Assembly: GCA_016181765.1 (NCBI GenBank) | Contig: JACOYR010000001.1 | Location: 16,847-80,846 of the forward strand | Length of the DNA stretch: 64,000 bases | Reading direction: 5' to 3' | Source of the DNA: Parcubacteria group bacterium | Lineage (GTDB): Bacteria > Patescibacteriota > Patescibacteriia > UBA2169 | In this document: positions 9,340 through 18,845 of the stretch, one piece after another | How the letters are laid out: each line of letters begins with the position of its first letter | Position numbering within the stretch: the first letter of the stretch is position 1 | Program-made: the position numbers and the translations under genes | The notes under the pieces: generated by a model | The model's database searches: none | What the model was told of the DNA's origin: nothing | The model's input: the letters and a program-made list of their open reading frames with translations, nothing else

Positions 9340-9411
9340 GCATTAAATGAGACGTGTTTTTTACAATTAGCGTTACAGTATTATAGCACAAAACGCGGCT
9401 TTGAGGAAAGT

Positions 9412-9473
9412 AAAAAAAGGTGTCAGGTACCTTTTTTGTTTTTTTTCTTAAAAAAGGTACCTGACACCTTTTT
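9412..9473 (-). terminator. Long-stem intrinsic terminator (15-bp stem AAGGTGTCAGGTACC/GGTACCTGACACCTT, U-run on minus strand)
   Basis: Perfect inverted repeat 9417-9431 / 9456-9470, A-run 9412-9418 on plus strand. Lies just 3' of stop of 9474..10160 gene. Confidence 0.6.
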
Positions 9474-10160
9474 TTACCCCCCGAAGAACTGCTCAATGGC
9501 GCGGGCTTTTTCCTCGCTCTCGGCCTCGCGCACCTCGTCAATGAGCTTTTGTTCGTCTTCTTTGTCCCCGGCCTGGATGCGCTTCCAGCGCTCTTCGCCC
9601 GCAAGCGATCGGATCTCGCCGATGACGCGGTGCAAATCCTGCTCCGAGAACTGGCGCGGCGCAAGCGTTACCATAAACTCCTGCTGGGTCTTTAAGATGA
9701 GCTTCTGGATGGCGGCGGGATCTTTAATCTGCCCGAGCTCCACCTTCTCAAAGCTGCCCGGGGTGAGGTACAGGGTGCCCACGTTGATCAGGTTCTGCAG
9801 GATGCCCTTGCGCCGATAGGTGACATCATATATCTTGTCCAAGTCAATCTGGGACACCATGCGGTCCAGAATGCCGTTCTGGCGGATGATGACCACGCGC
9901 TTGCTGGTGATGCCGATGATGCCGTAGTACCACCTCCGCCAGGTGCGGTAGAGCCAGAATGTCCCGGAGAGGAATAGGAGCCCCAGGAGCACGCTCCCAA
10001 GCGTGCCCCAGGTAAGGAATAAATACAGGAAAAAAAACGGCGAAAGAAAGAGGAGGAATCCGCCGATACACTGCCAAAAGTACACGAGCCAAAACTCGTG
10101 GTACACGCCGCGCACGTCCTCGTCGTCATCCAGGTTCTTGATGACTTTCCTAATATCCAT
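9474..10160 (-). CDS. Membrane protein with bacterial PH-like (YdbS/YdbT-type) domain
   Basis: Two TM helices followed by ITSKRVVIIRQNGILDRMVSQIDLDKIYDVTY motif typical of bPH_2/DUF304. Confidence 0.55.
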   Translation of the reverse strand: MDIRKVIKNLDDDEDVRGVYHEFWLVYFWQCIGGFLLFLSPFFFLYLFLTWGTLGSVLLGLLFLSGTFWLYRTWRRWYYGIIGITSKRVVIIRQNGILDRMVSQIDLDKIYDVTYRRKGILQNLINVGTLYLTPGSFEKVELGQIKDPAAIQKLILKTQQEFMVTLAPRQFSEQDLHRVIGEIRSLAGEERWKRIQAGDKEDEQKLIDEVREAESEEKARAIEQFFGG

Positions 10161-10255
10161 ATCCGCGGTACAAGAACGGAAGGATGACGAACGAGAACCC
10201 CACGATGAGCGTGATGATGGTCCAGATGATTTTGATGATGGTTTTGCGCTTCATA

Positions 10256-12022
10256 TTATCGCTTTAATACCTCCAAAAACGCTTTGGCCGGAATCTCAAC
10301 TTTCCCGAATGAGGTCATGCGCTTTTTGCCTTTTTTCTGCTTTTCCAAAAGCTTGCGCTTGCGCGTAACATCCCCGCCGTACAAGCCTTTGGTGACATCC
10401 TTGCGCAGGGCGCTGATGCGCTCCGCGGCAATGATCTTGGCGCCGATGGCTGCCTGGAGCTTTATCACGAACTGCTGTTTAGGAATCAGATCTTTGAGTT
10501 TTGCGACCATGCGCTTGCCGGTCTCGTAGGCATCATCCCTGCTCACCAAAATACTGAACGCTTCCACCACCTCTTCGGCAACCCAGATATCAAGCCGCAC
10601 GATGTCCGCTTTGCGGTAATCTTTGAGCTCGTAGTTTAAGGACGCGTACCCGCTGGATGCGCTCTTTAGTGTATCATAAAAATCCGTGATTAAACCAGCG
10701 AGCGGAATCTCAAAATGCAAGACCACGCGCGTCTCATCTAAATACTCGGTGTTACCGAACAAGCCGTGCCGCTCCTGTACCAAGGACATCAATCCGCCCA
10801 CGTACGCTTTGGGAGCCACGATTTCGGCTTTGACCCAAGGCTCCCGGATTTCCACTATTTTTGACGGGTCCGGAAGTTCCTGCGGAGAGTGGATGGTAAC
10901 CGCGCCGTTGCTTGCGAGCTTGACTTCGTAGGCCACCGAGGGGGTGGTGATGACCAGGCGCAGCCCATGCTCGCGCTTTAAGCGCTCCGCAAGAATTTCC
11001 ATGTGCAGCATGCCCAAGAACCCGCACCGATACCCGAACCCAAGAGCCTTGGACTGCTCCTGCTCAAACTGCAAAGCCGCGTCCTGGAGGCTGATTTCCT
11101 CCATGCCGTCCCGCAGTTTGGGGTACTCGTCCCCGGATTCCGGAAAAATGCCGGCAAACACCATGGGCTTTACCTCTTTGTACCCAGGGAGGGCGCTTGC
11201 CTTGTCTTTTGCGAGCGTGACCGTGTCCCCGACCCGCGCGTGCCCCACCTCCTTGAAGCCCGTGACAATGTACCCGATTTCGCCGGCAATGAGTTCAGGC
11301 TTGGGGTTGAATTTGGGCTTGAACGTGCCCACCTCCAGGGCGTGCGTGTCCCGCTTGGAACTAATGAGATGAATGACATCCCCTTTTTTGATGGCGCCGT
11401 TTACGATGCGCACGTACGCAACCACCCCGCGGTAGTCATCGTACAGTGAATCAAAAATCAGGGCTTGAGTTTTGTCGCTTTTTGTTTCAGGAGCCGGAAC
11501 GCGCTTGATGACTTCATCTAAAAGCTCTTTTACGCCCTGGCCGGTTTTGCCGCTTGCGAGCAGAATTTCGTCTGCTTTGACTCCCAGGAGTTTGACCAGC
11601 TCCTGCGTAACTTTCTCTACATCAGCTGCGGGCAAATCAATTTTGTTGATGACCGGAATGATGGCAAGATTCTGGTCAATGGCAAGGTAGAGGTTTGCGA
11701 GGGTCTGCGCTTCCACGCCTTGGGACGCGTCAACGAGCAAGATCGCTCCCTCAACGGCCTGCAAAGACCGCGACACTTCATAACTGAAGTCAACGTGCCC
11801 CGGCGTATCAATCAAATTCAAAATATATCCCTCGTACTCCATGCGCACGGGCTGGAGCTTGATGGTGATGCCGCGCTCCCGCTCCAGCTCCATCTGATCC
11901 AGCATCTGGTCTTTCATGTCCCGCTTGGACACGGTGTGCGTCAGCTCCAAAAACCTATCCGCGAGCGTGGATTTGCCGTGGTCAATGTGGGCGATGATGC
12001 AAAAATTCCGTATGTCCTGCAT
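10256..12022 (-). CDS. lepA: Elongation factor 4 (LepA)
   Basis: MQDIRNFCIIAHIDHGKSTLADR G1 motif, DTPGHVDF, NKIDL, C-terminal LepA-specific domain. Start at ATG 12022 preceded by TATACT -10 about 8 nt upstream (leaderless); ORF-track start 12112 is the alternative. Confidence 0.9.
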   Translation of the reverse strand: MQDIRNFCIIAHIDHGKSTLADRFLELTHTVSKRDMKDQMLDQMELERERGITIKLQPVRMEYEGYILNLIDTPGHVDFSYEVSRSLQAVEGAILLVDASQGVEAQTLANLYLAIDQNLAIIPVINKIDLPAADVEKVTQELVKLLGVKADEILLASGKTGQGVKELLDEVIKRVPAPETKSDKTQALIFDSLYDDYRGVVAYVRIVNGAIKKGDVIHLISSKRDTHALEVGTFKPKFNPKPELIAGEIGYIVTGFKEVGHARVGDTVTLAKDKASALPGYKEVKPMVFAGIFPESGDEYPKLRDGMEEISLQDAALQFEQEQSKALGFGYRCGFLGMLHMEILAERLKREHGLRLVITTPSVAYEVKLASNGAVTIHSPQELPDPSKIVEIREPWVKAEIVAPKAYVGGLMSLVQERHGLFGNTEYLDETRVVLHFEIPLAGLITDFYDTLKSASSGYASLNYELKDYRKADIVRLDIWVAEEVVEAFSILVSRDDAYETGKRMVAKLKDLIPKQQFVIKLQAAIGAKIIAAERISALRKDVTKGLYGGDVTRKRKLLEKQKKGKKRMTSFGKVEIPAKAFLEVLKR

Positions 12023-12168
12023 GGTTTGAAGTATAATGGAAAGCCCGGGTTTGGGCAACAAAAACACCTTGACACACGCATCACGGCGGAGTAACGTGGT
12101 ATCTGTTCGCAACGCACCTTTAGTTTCCGCACATTCACCACACCCCCCCTGCCAAAAAGGAGGAAGTG

Positions 12169-12429
12169 ATGGAACAGTTGTTAACGCCTTTGGCCAGGAT
12201 TCGCCTGGCTTGTGCCCTGGGACTTCGCTCGGCGGCCCTGGACTACCTGCCTGCTGAACTGGGGTTCTTGGACACCAACGAAGGAGCCGCTGTCTCTGAC
12301 GTGTACGCGCTCCGGCAAGCGAGCAAACACGGCCTTGACCTCTCCACGCTCACGTGGCCCGTGCCCAACGAGGACAGCTTCGTGGCTGCGTGCCGCCACA
12401 GCGCGGCCATAGAGGCTGCCTCGGCGTAA
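12169..12429 (+). CDS. Hypothetical small protein (GC-rich)
   Basis: Strong SD AAAAAGGAGGAAGTG then ATG at 12169. No recognisable domain. Confidence 0.4.
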   Translation: MEQLLTPLARIRLACALGLRSAALDYLPAELGFLDTNEGAAVSDVYALRQASKHGLDLSTLTWPVPNEDSFVAACRHSAAIEAASA

Positions 12430-12543
12430 GCCGGAGAGCGCTCATCCAGGGCGCAATCGCACCCCAACCCAGAGCCCTGCCCCTCCTCGCAGGACGGGCA
12501 CGGTCTTTTTTATCCACACCGCACTTGCACCCGGTGCCTGCGC

Positions 12544-12572
12544 TTGACATCAAATAATCATGGAATTACAAT
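12544..12572 (+). promoter_or_regulatory. Sigma70-type promoter for hicBA (TTGACA-17-TACAAT); start codon 6 nt after -10, so leaderless
   Basis: TTGACA 12544-12549, 17-nt spacer, TACAAT 12567-12572, ATG 12579. Confidence 0.6.
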
Positions 12573-12578
12573 AAAAAT

Positions 12579-12833
12579 ATGGAAACAGGAGCGCAAAAAA
12601 ATTATTCCTATTCGGTTTTTTACGAAGCCGCTCCAGAAGGCGGCTATGTTGCGTTTGTCCCCTCTTTGCCGGGTTGCCACACCCAGGGAGAAACCCTGGA
12701 AGAAGCGGAAGCCAATATTAAAGAAGCCATTGAAGCCTATTTGGAAAGCATGGCAGGCTCGGGCGCGCCGCTTCCTGCAGAAACGAAATCATTCCAGGGA
12801 GTCGTAAACGTTCCGTTCTCGGTCCGCGCCTAA
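12579..12833 (+). CDS. hicB: HicB-family antitoxin (UPF0150)
   Basis: YSVFYEAAPEGGYVAFVPSLPGCHTQGETLEEAEANIKEAIEAYLE is the HicB N-terminal fold. Confidence 0.75.
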   Translation: METGAQKNYSYSVFYEAAPEGGYVAFVPSLPGCHTQGETLEEAEANIKEAIEAYLESMAGSGAPLPAETKSFQGVVNVPFSVRA

Positions 12834-12838
12834 ATACT

Positions 12839-13066
12839 ATGCCGTACCTGCCCTCGCTTTCCGCCAGGGACGTGGTCCGAGCGCTCAAACAAGCGGGATT
12901 CGTGGAAGATCGCCAAAAAGGGAGCCACCTTGTTTTGGTTCATCCGCAGTCAAAGGCGCGCACCGTGGTACCCTTGCATGCGGGAAGATCCATCAAAAAA
13001 TCGCTCCTACATGCCATCATCGCAGACGCGGGGCTGACCCCTGAAACATTCAAAAACCTGCTCTAG
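12839..13066 (+). CDS. hicA: HicA-family mRNA interferase toxin
   Basis: RDVVRALKQAGFVEDRQKGSHLVLVHPQSKARTVVPLHAGRSIKKSLLHAIIADAG matches HicA/YcfA dsRBD-like toxins. Confidence 0.75.
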   Translation: MPYLPSLSARDVVRALKQAGFVEDRQKGSHLVLVHPQSKARTVVPLHAGRSIKKSLLHAIIADAGLTPETFKNLL

Positions 13067-13096
13067 CCAAAAACCGCCGCCAAGGCGGATTTTTGA
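13066..13096. terminator. Bidirectional hairpin terminator between hicA and murJ
   Basis: CCGCC-gccaa-GGCGG with A-run before and T-run after. Confidence 0.5.
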
Positions 13097-13129
13097 TAGT
13101 GTGGATGCTTCTTTATGGAACAGAATTCA

Positions 13130-14695
13130 TCACACCCGCATCTCCTCCAGTTTCACCAGCTTCCCTAAGCCCACATACACAAGCAGGCCAACGCTGCCCG
13201 CAACAGAGGCCTGTACCATCAACCCTAAGCCGGTATGCGTATCAACGTAGGGCGCCGCGATGACGAGCGTACTATACAGCGCCCAGCCCGCAATGACCGA
13301 AGCGAGCGTGATTTTCATAGTTGATGAAAACACGCGGCTATCATCCAGGTCCCCGAGCCGCTTGCGCAGCAAGAGCCAGAGCGCGAGCATGTTCAAAACG
13401 CTCGCAATGGAAAACCCGAGCCCGAGCCCGGCAACGCCCATGGCCGCAGACAGCGTGATGGAGAGGTAGATGTTGAGGCCAAGCGAGAGCACGCTCACGA
13501 TGACCGGGGTCTTGGTGTCCTGCAAAGCGTAGAACACGCGCGCAATGAGCGGAATCAGGCTCTGCGCAAATAACGAAATAGCGAAAAACGACAATGTGCG
13601 CGCCGTAAGAATGGTGGCATCCCAATCAAACTCGCCTGCGCCGAGCACCAGCCGGACAATGTGCGCGCGCAAAAGGATGATGAAGATGGATGACGGAATG
13701 GCGATGGACAGGATGCGGCGCATTGCTTTGGAAAATGACTGGATGAGGTGGGGCACGTCTTTTTTGACCCATGCCTCGCTGAACAGGGGAAAATACACGA
13801 GCGCCACCGGAATCGCGAAAATGCCGATAGGCACGTTCTGGAGGTTGTTTGCCGCGTTGAAAATGGCAACTGACCCGATTGCCAATGTTGAGCCGATGAT
13901 GGTGGACACCACCTGGTTGATCTGGCTGATGGCGAGGCCAAAGGTGCGCGGCAGCATGAGCAGCCCGATTTTCCACACGCCCCGCATGCGCCAATTGATT
14001 TTAAATGAGTATTTGAAGCCGAGGCTTGATAAGGACGGGAACTGCACGAGGAAGTGCAGGAACGCGCCCAAAACCACGCCCCAGGCAAGCCCCTCAATGC
14101 CGAACATGGGCACCAGAACCGTAATGCCGAGGATTATGCCGATGTTGTACATTACGGGCGCGACCGCGAACGCGGTAAACCGCTTGAACGCATTTAAGAT
14201 GCTTGAGGCGATGTTGGAGAGCCCCAAAAACAGGATGCCGATGAGCATGATGCGCGTGAGCTCCGCGGTTGCGATGCGTTTCTGGAGATCAAACCCGGGC
14301 GCAATGATGCTGATGAGCTCCGGGGCAAAGTAAAACGCCAAAAGCCCGAGCCCCACCATGGCGATGAGGATGATGTTGAGCACGGAATTCGCGATTTTCC
14401 AGGCGTCTTGCTTGTTCTTGTGCCAGTACTCCAAGAACACCGGAATGAATGCGGCCGACAATGCGCCCAAGACCAGGGTGTTAAAAATGAGGTCCGGCAG
14501 GCGGAATGCCGCATAGTACGTATCAAGCGTGTCCCCGGCTCCGAAGGTTGAGAACAAGAGCCTATCCCGCACCAGCCCGAGGCCCCGCGAGAACAAGGAA
14601 AAGAAGGCAATGATGATAGCCCCGCCGGTTGCGGTGGTGGTGAGCTTGTTTTTGAATGATTTTACGGTCATTGCGAGCGGCCTTTCTTGTGTCAT
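13130..14695 (-). CDS. murJ: Lipid II flippase MurJ (MviN)
   Basis: 521 aa, about 14 TM segments. Conserved MurJ N-terminal GLVRDRLLFSTFGAGDTLDTYYAAFRLPDLIF. Confidence 0.85.
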   Translation of the reverse strand: MTQERPLAMTVKSFKNKLTTTATGGAIIIAFFSLFSRGLGLVRDRLLFSTFGAGDTLDTYYAAFRLPDLIFNTLVLGALSAAFIPVFLEYWHKNKQDAWKIANSVLNIILIAMVGLGLLAFYFAPELISIIAPGFDLQKRIATAELTRIMLIGILFLGLSNIASSILNAFKRFTAFAVAPVMYNIGIILGITVLVPMFGIEGLAWGVVLGAFLHFLVQFPSLSSLGFKYSFKINWRMRGVWKIGLLMLPRTFGLAISQINQVVSTIIGSTLAIGSVAIFNAANNLQNVPIGIFAIPVALVYFPLFSEAWVKKDVPHLIQSFSKAMRRILSIAIPSSIFIILLRAHIVRLVLGAGEFDWDATILTARTLSFFAISLFAQSLIPLIARVFYALQDTKTPVIVSVLSLGLNIYLSITLSAAMGVAGLGLGFSIASVLNMLALWLLLRKRLGDLDDSRVFSSTMKITLASVIAGWALYSTLVIAAPYVDTHTGLGLMVQASVAGSVGLLVYVGLGKLVKLEEMRV

Positions 14696-15096
14696 TGCGA
14701 GGGAGTAGCGGCGTGGACGCTCCTTGGCGGCCGCGACGCTTTCCTCTCAAGCGTCCACGCCCCCAAAGAGGGTCGAGGCCGCCCTTTTATGCCTTATTCT
14801 ACCATATTTTTTGAGCAAAAAAAAGAAGGCGCAGCGTCTATCTCCCGAACTTCTGTGGGATAACAGACTGCATGCGCCTTGGCGATTTATAGCGCGGAGC
14901 CATCCGCGGTGCGATATTTTTTAGGTACTTCGCATGTACTGCCTCCTTTCGGATTCCTTATCCGCGCCATGGCCGACGCTTTTTGGGCCATGGCTGCGGA
15001 CACACTTTGCGTGTCAGGCTCAAGGCCCCTGCCGGATGTTCCGGCGCGGCTCTAAGCCTGGGGTCGCGCGTCGCCGGAGCGGCGAGGCGCGGTGGG

Positions 15097-15651
15097 TCAG
15101 GCGGCTACGATGTGCAAGTGGGGACGGCCGTTCTTGCCCCCCTTGACCACCTTCTGACGGGGCCCGAAGGTGTTCGCGGCGAACGCCTTTGCCGCAACGA
15201 GCTTGCGCTCGTGCTCCGCGGCTGCGAGGCGCTTCTCCTCGGCCTTGGCCGCGCGATCCTCGTCCCGGAGGGACTCGTTGCGCCGCCGAGAGCCAAGCTC
15301 GTCGATCTGCCGGGTGGTGAGCTTGAGATCCGGCACGCACCCAGCCTCCTTCAGGAGAGCGAGGTGCTCATCGCATAGGAAGCCGCCAGCCTCCTCGATG
15401 TCGAGGAGCCCCGCCTGGTGCAGAGGCTTCGCGAGCCTCGGCAGACGGTGGAGCACCACGTTCGACGCCAGGTGCACCGGGATGGCGCACCCGCACGGCG
15501 GCGTCGACAGGTCGTCCGGATTCTCGCGGAACCCGCAGTGCACATGCGTGATCTCGGTCCTTTCGGGACCGGCCATAATCTCCCGCACGTACTCCTTCTG
15601 TTCCTTTGCCATCTCGTGCATCTCCTGCGTGAGAAAGTGAACCGCATGCAA
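15097..15651 (-). CDS. Hypothetical protein, His/Cys-rich N-terminus, Lys/Ala-rich C-terminus; lies in GC-rich (~66%) patch
   Basis: 184 aa ORF; HVHCGF...PPCGCAIPVH...FLCDEH cluster. No confident family. Confidence 0.45.
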   Translation of the reverse strand: MHAVHFLTQEMHEMAKEQKEYVREIMAGPERTEITHVHCGFRENPDDLSTPPCGCAIPVHLASNVVLHRLPRLAKPLHQAGLLDIEEAGGFLCDEHLALLKEAGCVPDLKLTTRQIDELGSRRRNESLRDEDRAAKAEEKRLAAAEHERKLVAAKAFAANTFGPRQKVVKGGKNGRPHLHIVAA

Positions 15652-15663
15652 GGCAACAGGATG

Positions 15664-15817
15664 TTGCCAAGACTAAACTGGAGGTCAGGGTGGGGATGGG
15701 TTTATATAATTGGCCCTCCCATATAAACCCTGGGGCTAGATGGCAAATCCACACTGCCTTACGGCACTATGGTCCTAAAAGGCGCCATCAGCACATCCCT
15801 CCAGACTAGTCCTGGCA
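15664..15817. repeat. MITE-like structured element: imperfect 21-nt terminal inverted repeats enclosing a 10-bp hairpin
   Basis: TTGCCAAGACTAAACTGGAGG (15664-15684) vs CCTCCAGACTAGTCCTGGCAA (15797-15817). Inner GGGTTTATATA...TATATAAACCC. Confidence 0.45.
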
Positions 15818-15939
15818 AGAAGTAAATGAACGGTTTTTGATTACAAGGGGGTATTATAGCACAAATCAAAAAACCTGTCAAGGGTCTTTGGCAGGGTGCT
15901 TTTTTAGGCTAAAAATGGGCTAAAACCACCCCCTAGCCC

Positions 15940-15975
15940 CCTCCTTGGCAAGGAGGGGGAAGTAGATAGGCAAAC
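15940..15975 (-). repeat. Palindromic repeat family copy 1 (CCCCCTCCTTGGCAAGGAGGGGG + CTAGGGGGTGG tail)
   Basis: Perfect palindrome. Followed (minus orientation) by CTAGGGGGTGG as in copies at 46113 and 53549. Confidence 0.7.
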
Positions 15976-16001
15976 CCGCTCCTGAATACAGGAGCGGGAA
16001 T

Positions 16002-18836
16002 CTAATCATCAAATGAGACTGCAAAACCGGTATCTGATGACAAGTCGCCCTCAAACACGGTTAATCCCGGGCCGAGCACAGACACTTCCCCGTCACCCGC
16101 TGCCTTGCTCCATGAAACTGACCAATTGGAGGGGTAGCGCAGCGCCATTGAATACGGAATCGGCCGAGCGCCGGCTTGTTTCTGCATGATCAGGGAGTAG
16201 CCGGTTCTGGTGTTCGGATTCAGCAAATCATACGGCTTAATTTTGAACGGCAGTTTGTATTTGATTTTCGCCACAACCACAGCGCCAGGAGCAACCTGCA
16301 GCCAGTTGCCGAACACGGTCTTGCCGAACTCGCGGGTGATGCGCGTGCCGCTCGCCTCATCAATGATCACCTTGCCTTCAATGCGAGCAAGCTCTTCATC
16401 GTCCTGGTAATATACCTGCGGAGTTTCAAATAAATTTGATGCCGGCGCTTTGGTTCCGGTAAATGAAACAAGCTCGCTGCCATCGGGGGCGTACACGCGC
16501 ACATAGTCCACGTTGTTTACGCCGGTGAACGCATCACCAAGGTCCCCGCGGTGCTCGCGGATGATGGTGAGTTCTGTTGTGGCCCTGCCTTCATCATCAA
16601 TCACCACTTCCTGGCTCCAGGATTCACTGATCACCCCGTCGGTCTTGCCGCCGCCGATGTTCGCGTGGACCACGGAGAGGTAATCCGTGCTCGCGGATGC
16701 AATGCCCGGCTGCCAGCCCCGGGCTCTGAACGACTCGTTTGCCTCCTGGTCCGCAAAGTAGAGCAGAATGTTCTTTTGGCTGATTTCAGACCTGATGAGC
16801 CCGAGGAGTTCAAGCGCGCGTTCCCCGCTTGAGGCGAGCACGGATTCCAGGACGCGCGGCAATAATTCCCCGATGTACGCCTTTGGCTTGTTCTCTTCTT
16901 TATCATACTCAAGCTCAACCGCAGTTTGGATTTCGGAAATCACGTTTTCGCTGGTAAGCGTTACCCCCTGCTCCGGGAATGCCACGGGCCCGGTGATTGC
17001 CAAGAGCTTTTCCAGGGTGGTTGCCTGCACCGCAATCACCCCGTCCACCGTGGAGTAGCCGGCGTGCTCCAAAAACCAGACGACCTTTGCGGCGCTCGTT
17101 GGCCAGTCCGGGTACCAGTTCGCATCCTGCAGTTCCCAGCGGGCATTGATGAGGGAGAGCGGCTTTGGGGCTTTGACATGCTCCGAGAGATAGCCTTGGA
17201 AATCGTATGCCCCGCCGCCCGGAACCTCTATGTTCACAACCTGCCCGCCGGAAATATCCACGAACGCGAGGCTGCCGATGAACCCGCCCGCCGGGCGCAG
17301 CTCATTGTTGTTCTGGAAGAGCACGGCATAGCGCTTGAGCTCGCGTTCCCCGAGGAGCGTGGAGACTGTGCCCGTAAGCTGGAGCGTATCCTGGATCGCC
17401 GCATTCACGCGGGGCAGTGCCTCGGATGCAGCTGAAAATTTTTCGCGGTACTCTTCGGGCACGGCATTTGGGCTGACTGCCGAGAGGTGCGCTTCTGCGC
17501 TTGCCAAATGCGGCAGAGCGGCCTGGAGCGCTGAACTCAAGCTTGCGAGTGTTTCGGTCGGGCGTTCTCCCGCGCCCAAAGCGCGCGCTGCTTCCTCCAG
17601 GTACTGCCCGGCCTGGGCAAGCTCATCTCCGGCGCCGATCGCGTGCACGCCATCCTGGCCGGCCGGCAAAACTTCCACGAGCGCGCGCAAGGGTGCATTG
17701 AGGGAATCCAGGCTCTGCCGCGCCTGCTCAAAATTCGTCCTTGCCGCGGCAAGGTCCAGAAGGGCGATATTCTGGTAGCCTTCCTTGGTGGCTCCGAGGA
17801 CCGATCCGCGCAGAAAGCTTATTTTTTCTGGAGCAGTCTCTAAAAACTTAACCGGCAACATCACGAACATGCCGATGAGGGCAAACGCCGCGAGCTTGCG
17901 GTAGAGGTGTTGCGGCGGGCGCGCGAACACGGAAAAATAATTGATAACTGCCTCTGCCGCGGCTTTGCCCGAACCCGCCGCAAGCAAGCCGAGAGCGCTG
18001 ACCGCGCGGTAGACTCCGGCAACGCCGAGCGTCACGAGCTTGATGGGCACCACGAGCACTGCTTTGGCCACTGCGATGAGCGTAAAAAACGCCTGCTGGA
18101 TTGCCCACGACACGAATCGGGCCGCTGCCCGGACCACGCTCTTGCTGCCCTTGTTTCCCGCCTCTATGAGGGAGAGGAGCACGGTACACGCAAGCAAAAA
18201 TCCGAGCGGAATGGAAAGTACGAATTCAAACAGCCAGCGTATGGTTGCGAAAAAGGCGCGTATCACCCCGGCGCTCGTGCGGTCCATTATTTCCGAAAAT
18301 GCGACAGGTTTTTGCTTTGCCCTGTGCTTTGATTTGCTTTTCCTCCCCAAGAGGTCAACCGTAACCCGGCCTGCGGCGTTTTTGTACGTTTCCGCGGCCT
18401 GGCTGCGCAAGCGCGCAACCTCCTTCTGCCACCGGGGATTGTCCGGAAGCACGCGGCTTGCGCTGCTTTTGCGGGCGGCCTGCTTGGGCGCGGCTTGTGC
18501 CCCTTTCTCCCACTCCCCGAGCAGGCGCACCACGTGCGGGGAGCGCGTGTTTTCGCCGTGGCGCACAGCCAGGACGTACGAGGGCGCGGCAGGCTTCTCT
18601 CTGCTTGGGGCCTTTAGGGCGCTCTCTTGTGCGGGCGCGGGCGCTTCCGTGGGCATGGTGCTCCTCGGTGCGCGTCGGTGTTCGTACCCGCGCTTGGTTA
18701 CCAGAGCCTCGTAATCGTCGTGGTGGATCACCTTTTTGGTGATTGAAAAATCAAGATTGTCCTTGGCCTCCCGGGCAATTTTCCGTGATGACAGCGATTT
18801 TGATTTTAGCGGAGTTTTGTTTTCTTTTTTGGGCAT
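16002..18836 (-). CDS. Very large (944 aa) membrane-anchored extracellular protein, DUF4012-like
   Basis: N-terminal basic region, TM helices at aa 190-330, extracellular region with LFQNNNELRPAGGFIGS motif (DUF4012 signature as I recall it). Confidence 0.7.
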   Translation of the reverse strand: MPKKENKTPLKSKSLSSRKIAREAKDNLDFSITKKVIHHDDYEALVTKRGYEHRRAPRSTMPTEAPAPAQESALKAPSREKPAAPSYVLAVRHGENTRSPHVVRLLGEWEKGAQAAPKQAARKSSASRVLPDNPRWQKEVARLRSQAAETYKNAAGRVTVDLLGRKSKSKHRAKQKPVAFSEIMDRTSAGVIRAFFATIRWLFEFVLSIPLGFLLACTVLLSLIEAGNKGSKSVVRAAARFVSWAIQQAFFTLIAVAKAVLVVPIKLVTLGVAGVYRAVSALGLLAAGSGKAAAEAVINYFSVFARPPQHLYRKLAAFALIGMFVMLPVKFLETAPEKISFLRGSVLGATKEGYQNIALLDLAAARTNFEQARQSLDSLNAPLRALVEVLPAGQDGVHAIGAGDELAQAGQYLEEAARALGAGERPTETLASLSSALQAALPHLASAEAHLSAVSPNAVPEEYREKFSAASEALPRVNAAIQDTLQLTGTVSTLLGERELKRYAVLFQNNNELRPAGGFIGSLAFVDISGGQVVNIEVPGGGAYDFQGYLSEHVKAPKPLSLINARWELQDANWYPDWPTSAAKVVWFLEHAGYSTVDGVIAVQATTLEKLLAITGPVAFPEQGVTLTSENVISEIQTAVELEYDKEENKPKAYIGELLPRVLESVLASSGERALELLGLIRSEISQKNILLYFADQEANESFRARGWQPGIASASTDYLSVVHANIGGGKTDGVISESWSQEVVIDDEGRATTELTIIREHRGDLGDAFTGVNNVDYVRVYAPDGSELVSFTGTKAPASNLFETPQVYYQDDEELARIEGKVIIDEASGTRITREFGKTVFGNWLQVAPGAVVVAKIKYKLPFKIKPYDLLNPNTRTGYSLIMQKQAGARPIPYSMALRYPSNWSVSWSKAAGDGEVSVLGPGLTVFEGDLSSDTGFAVSFDD

Positions 18837-18845
18837 GTGCGGTGA

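Noticed and set aside
15660-16000. Possibility that the 340-nt intergenic region encodes a small protein
   Set aside because: No ORF of useful length. The region is explained by the MITE-like element, a promoter and tandem terminator hairpins.
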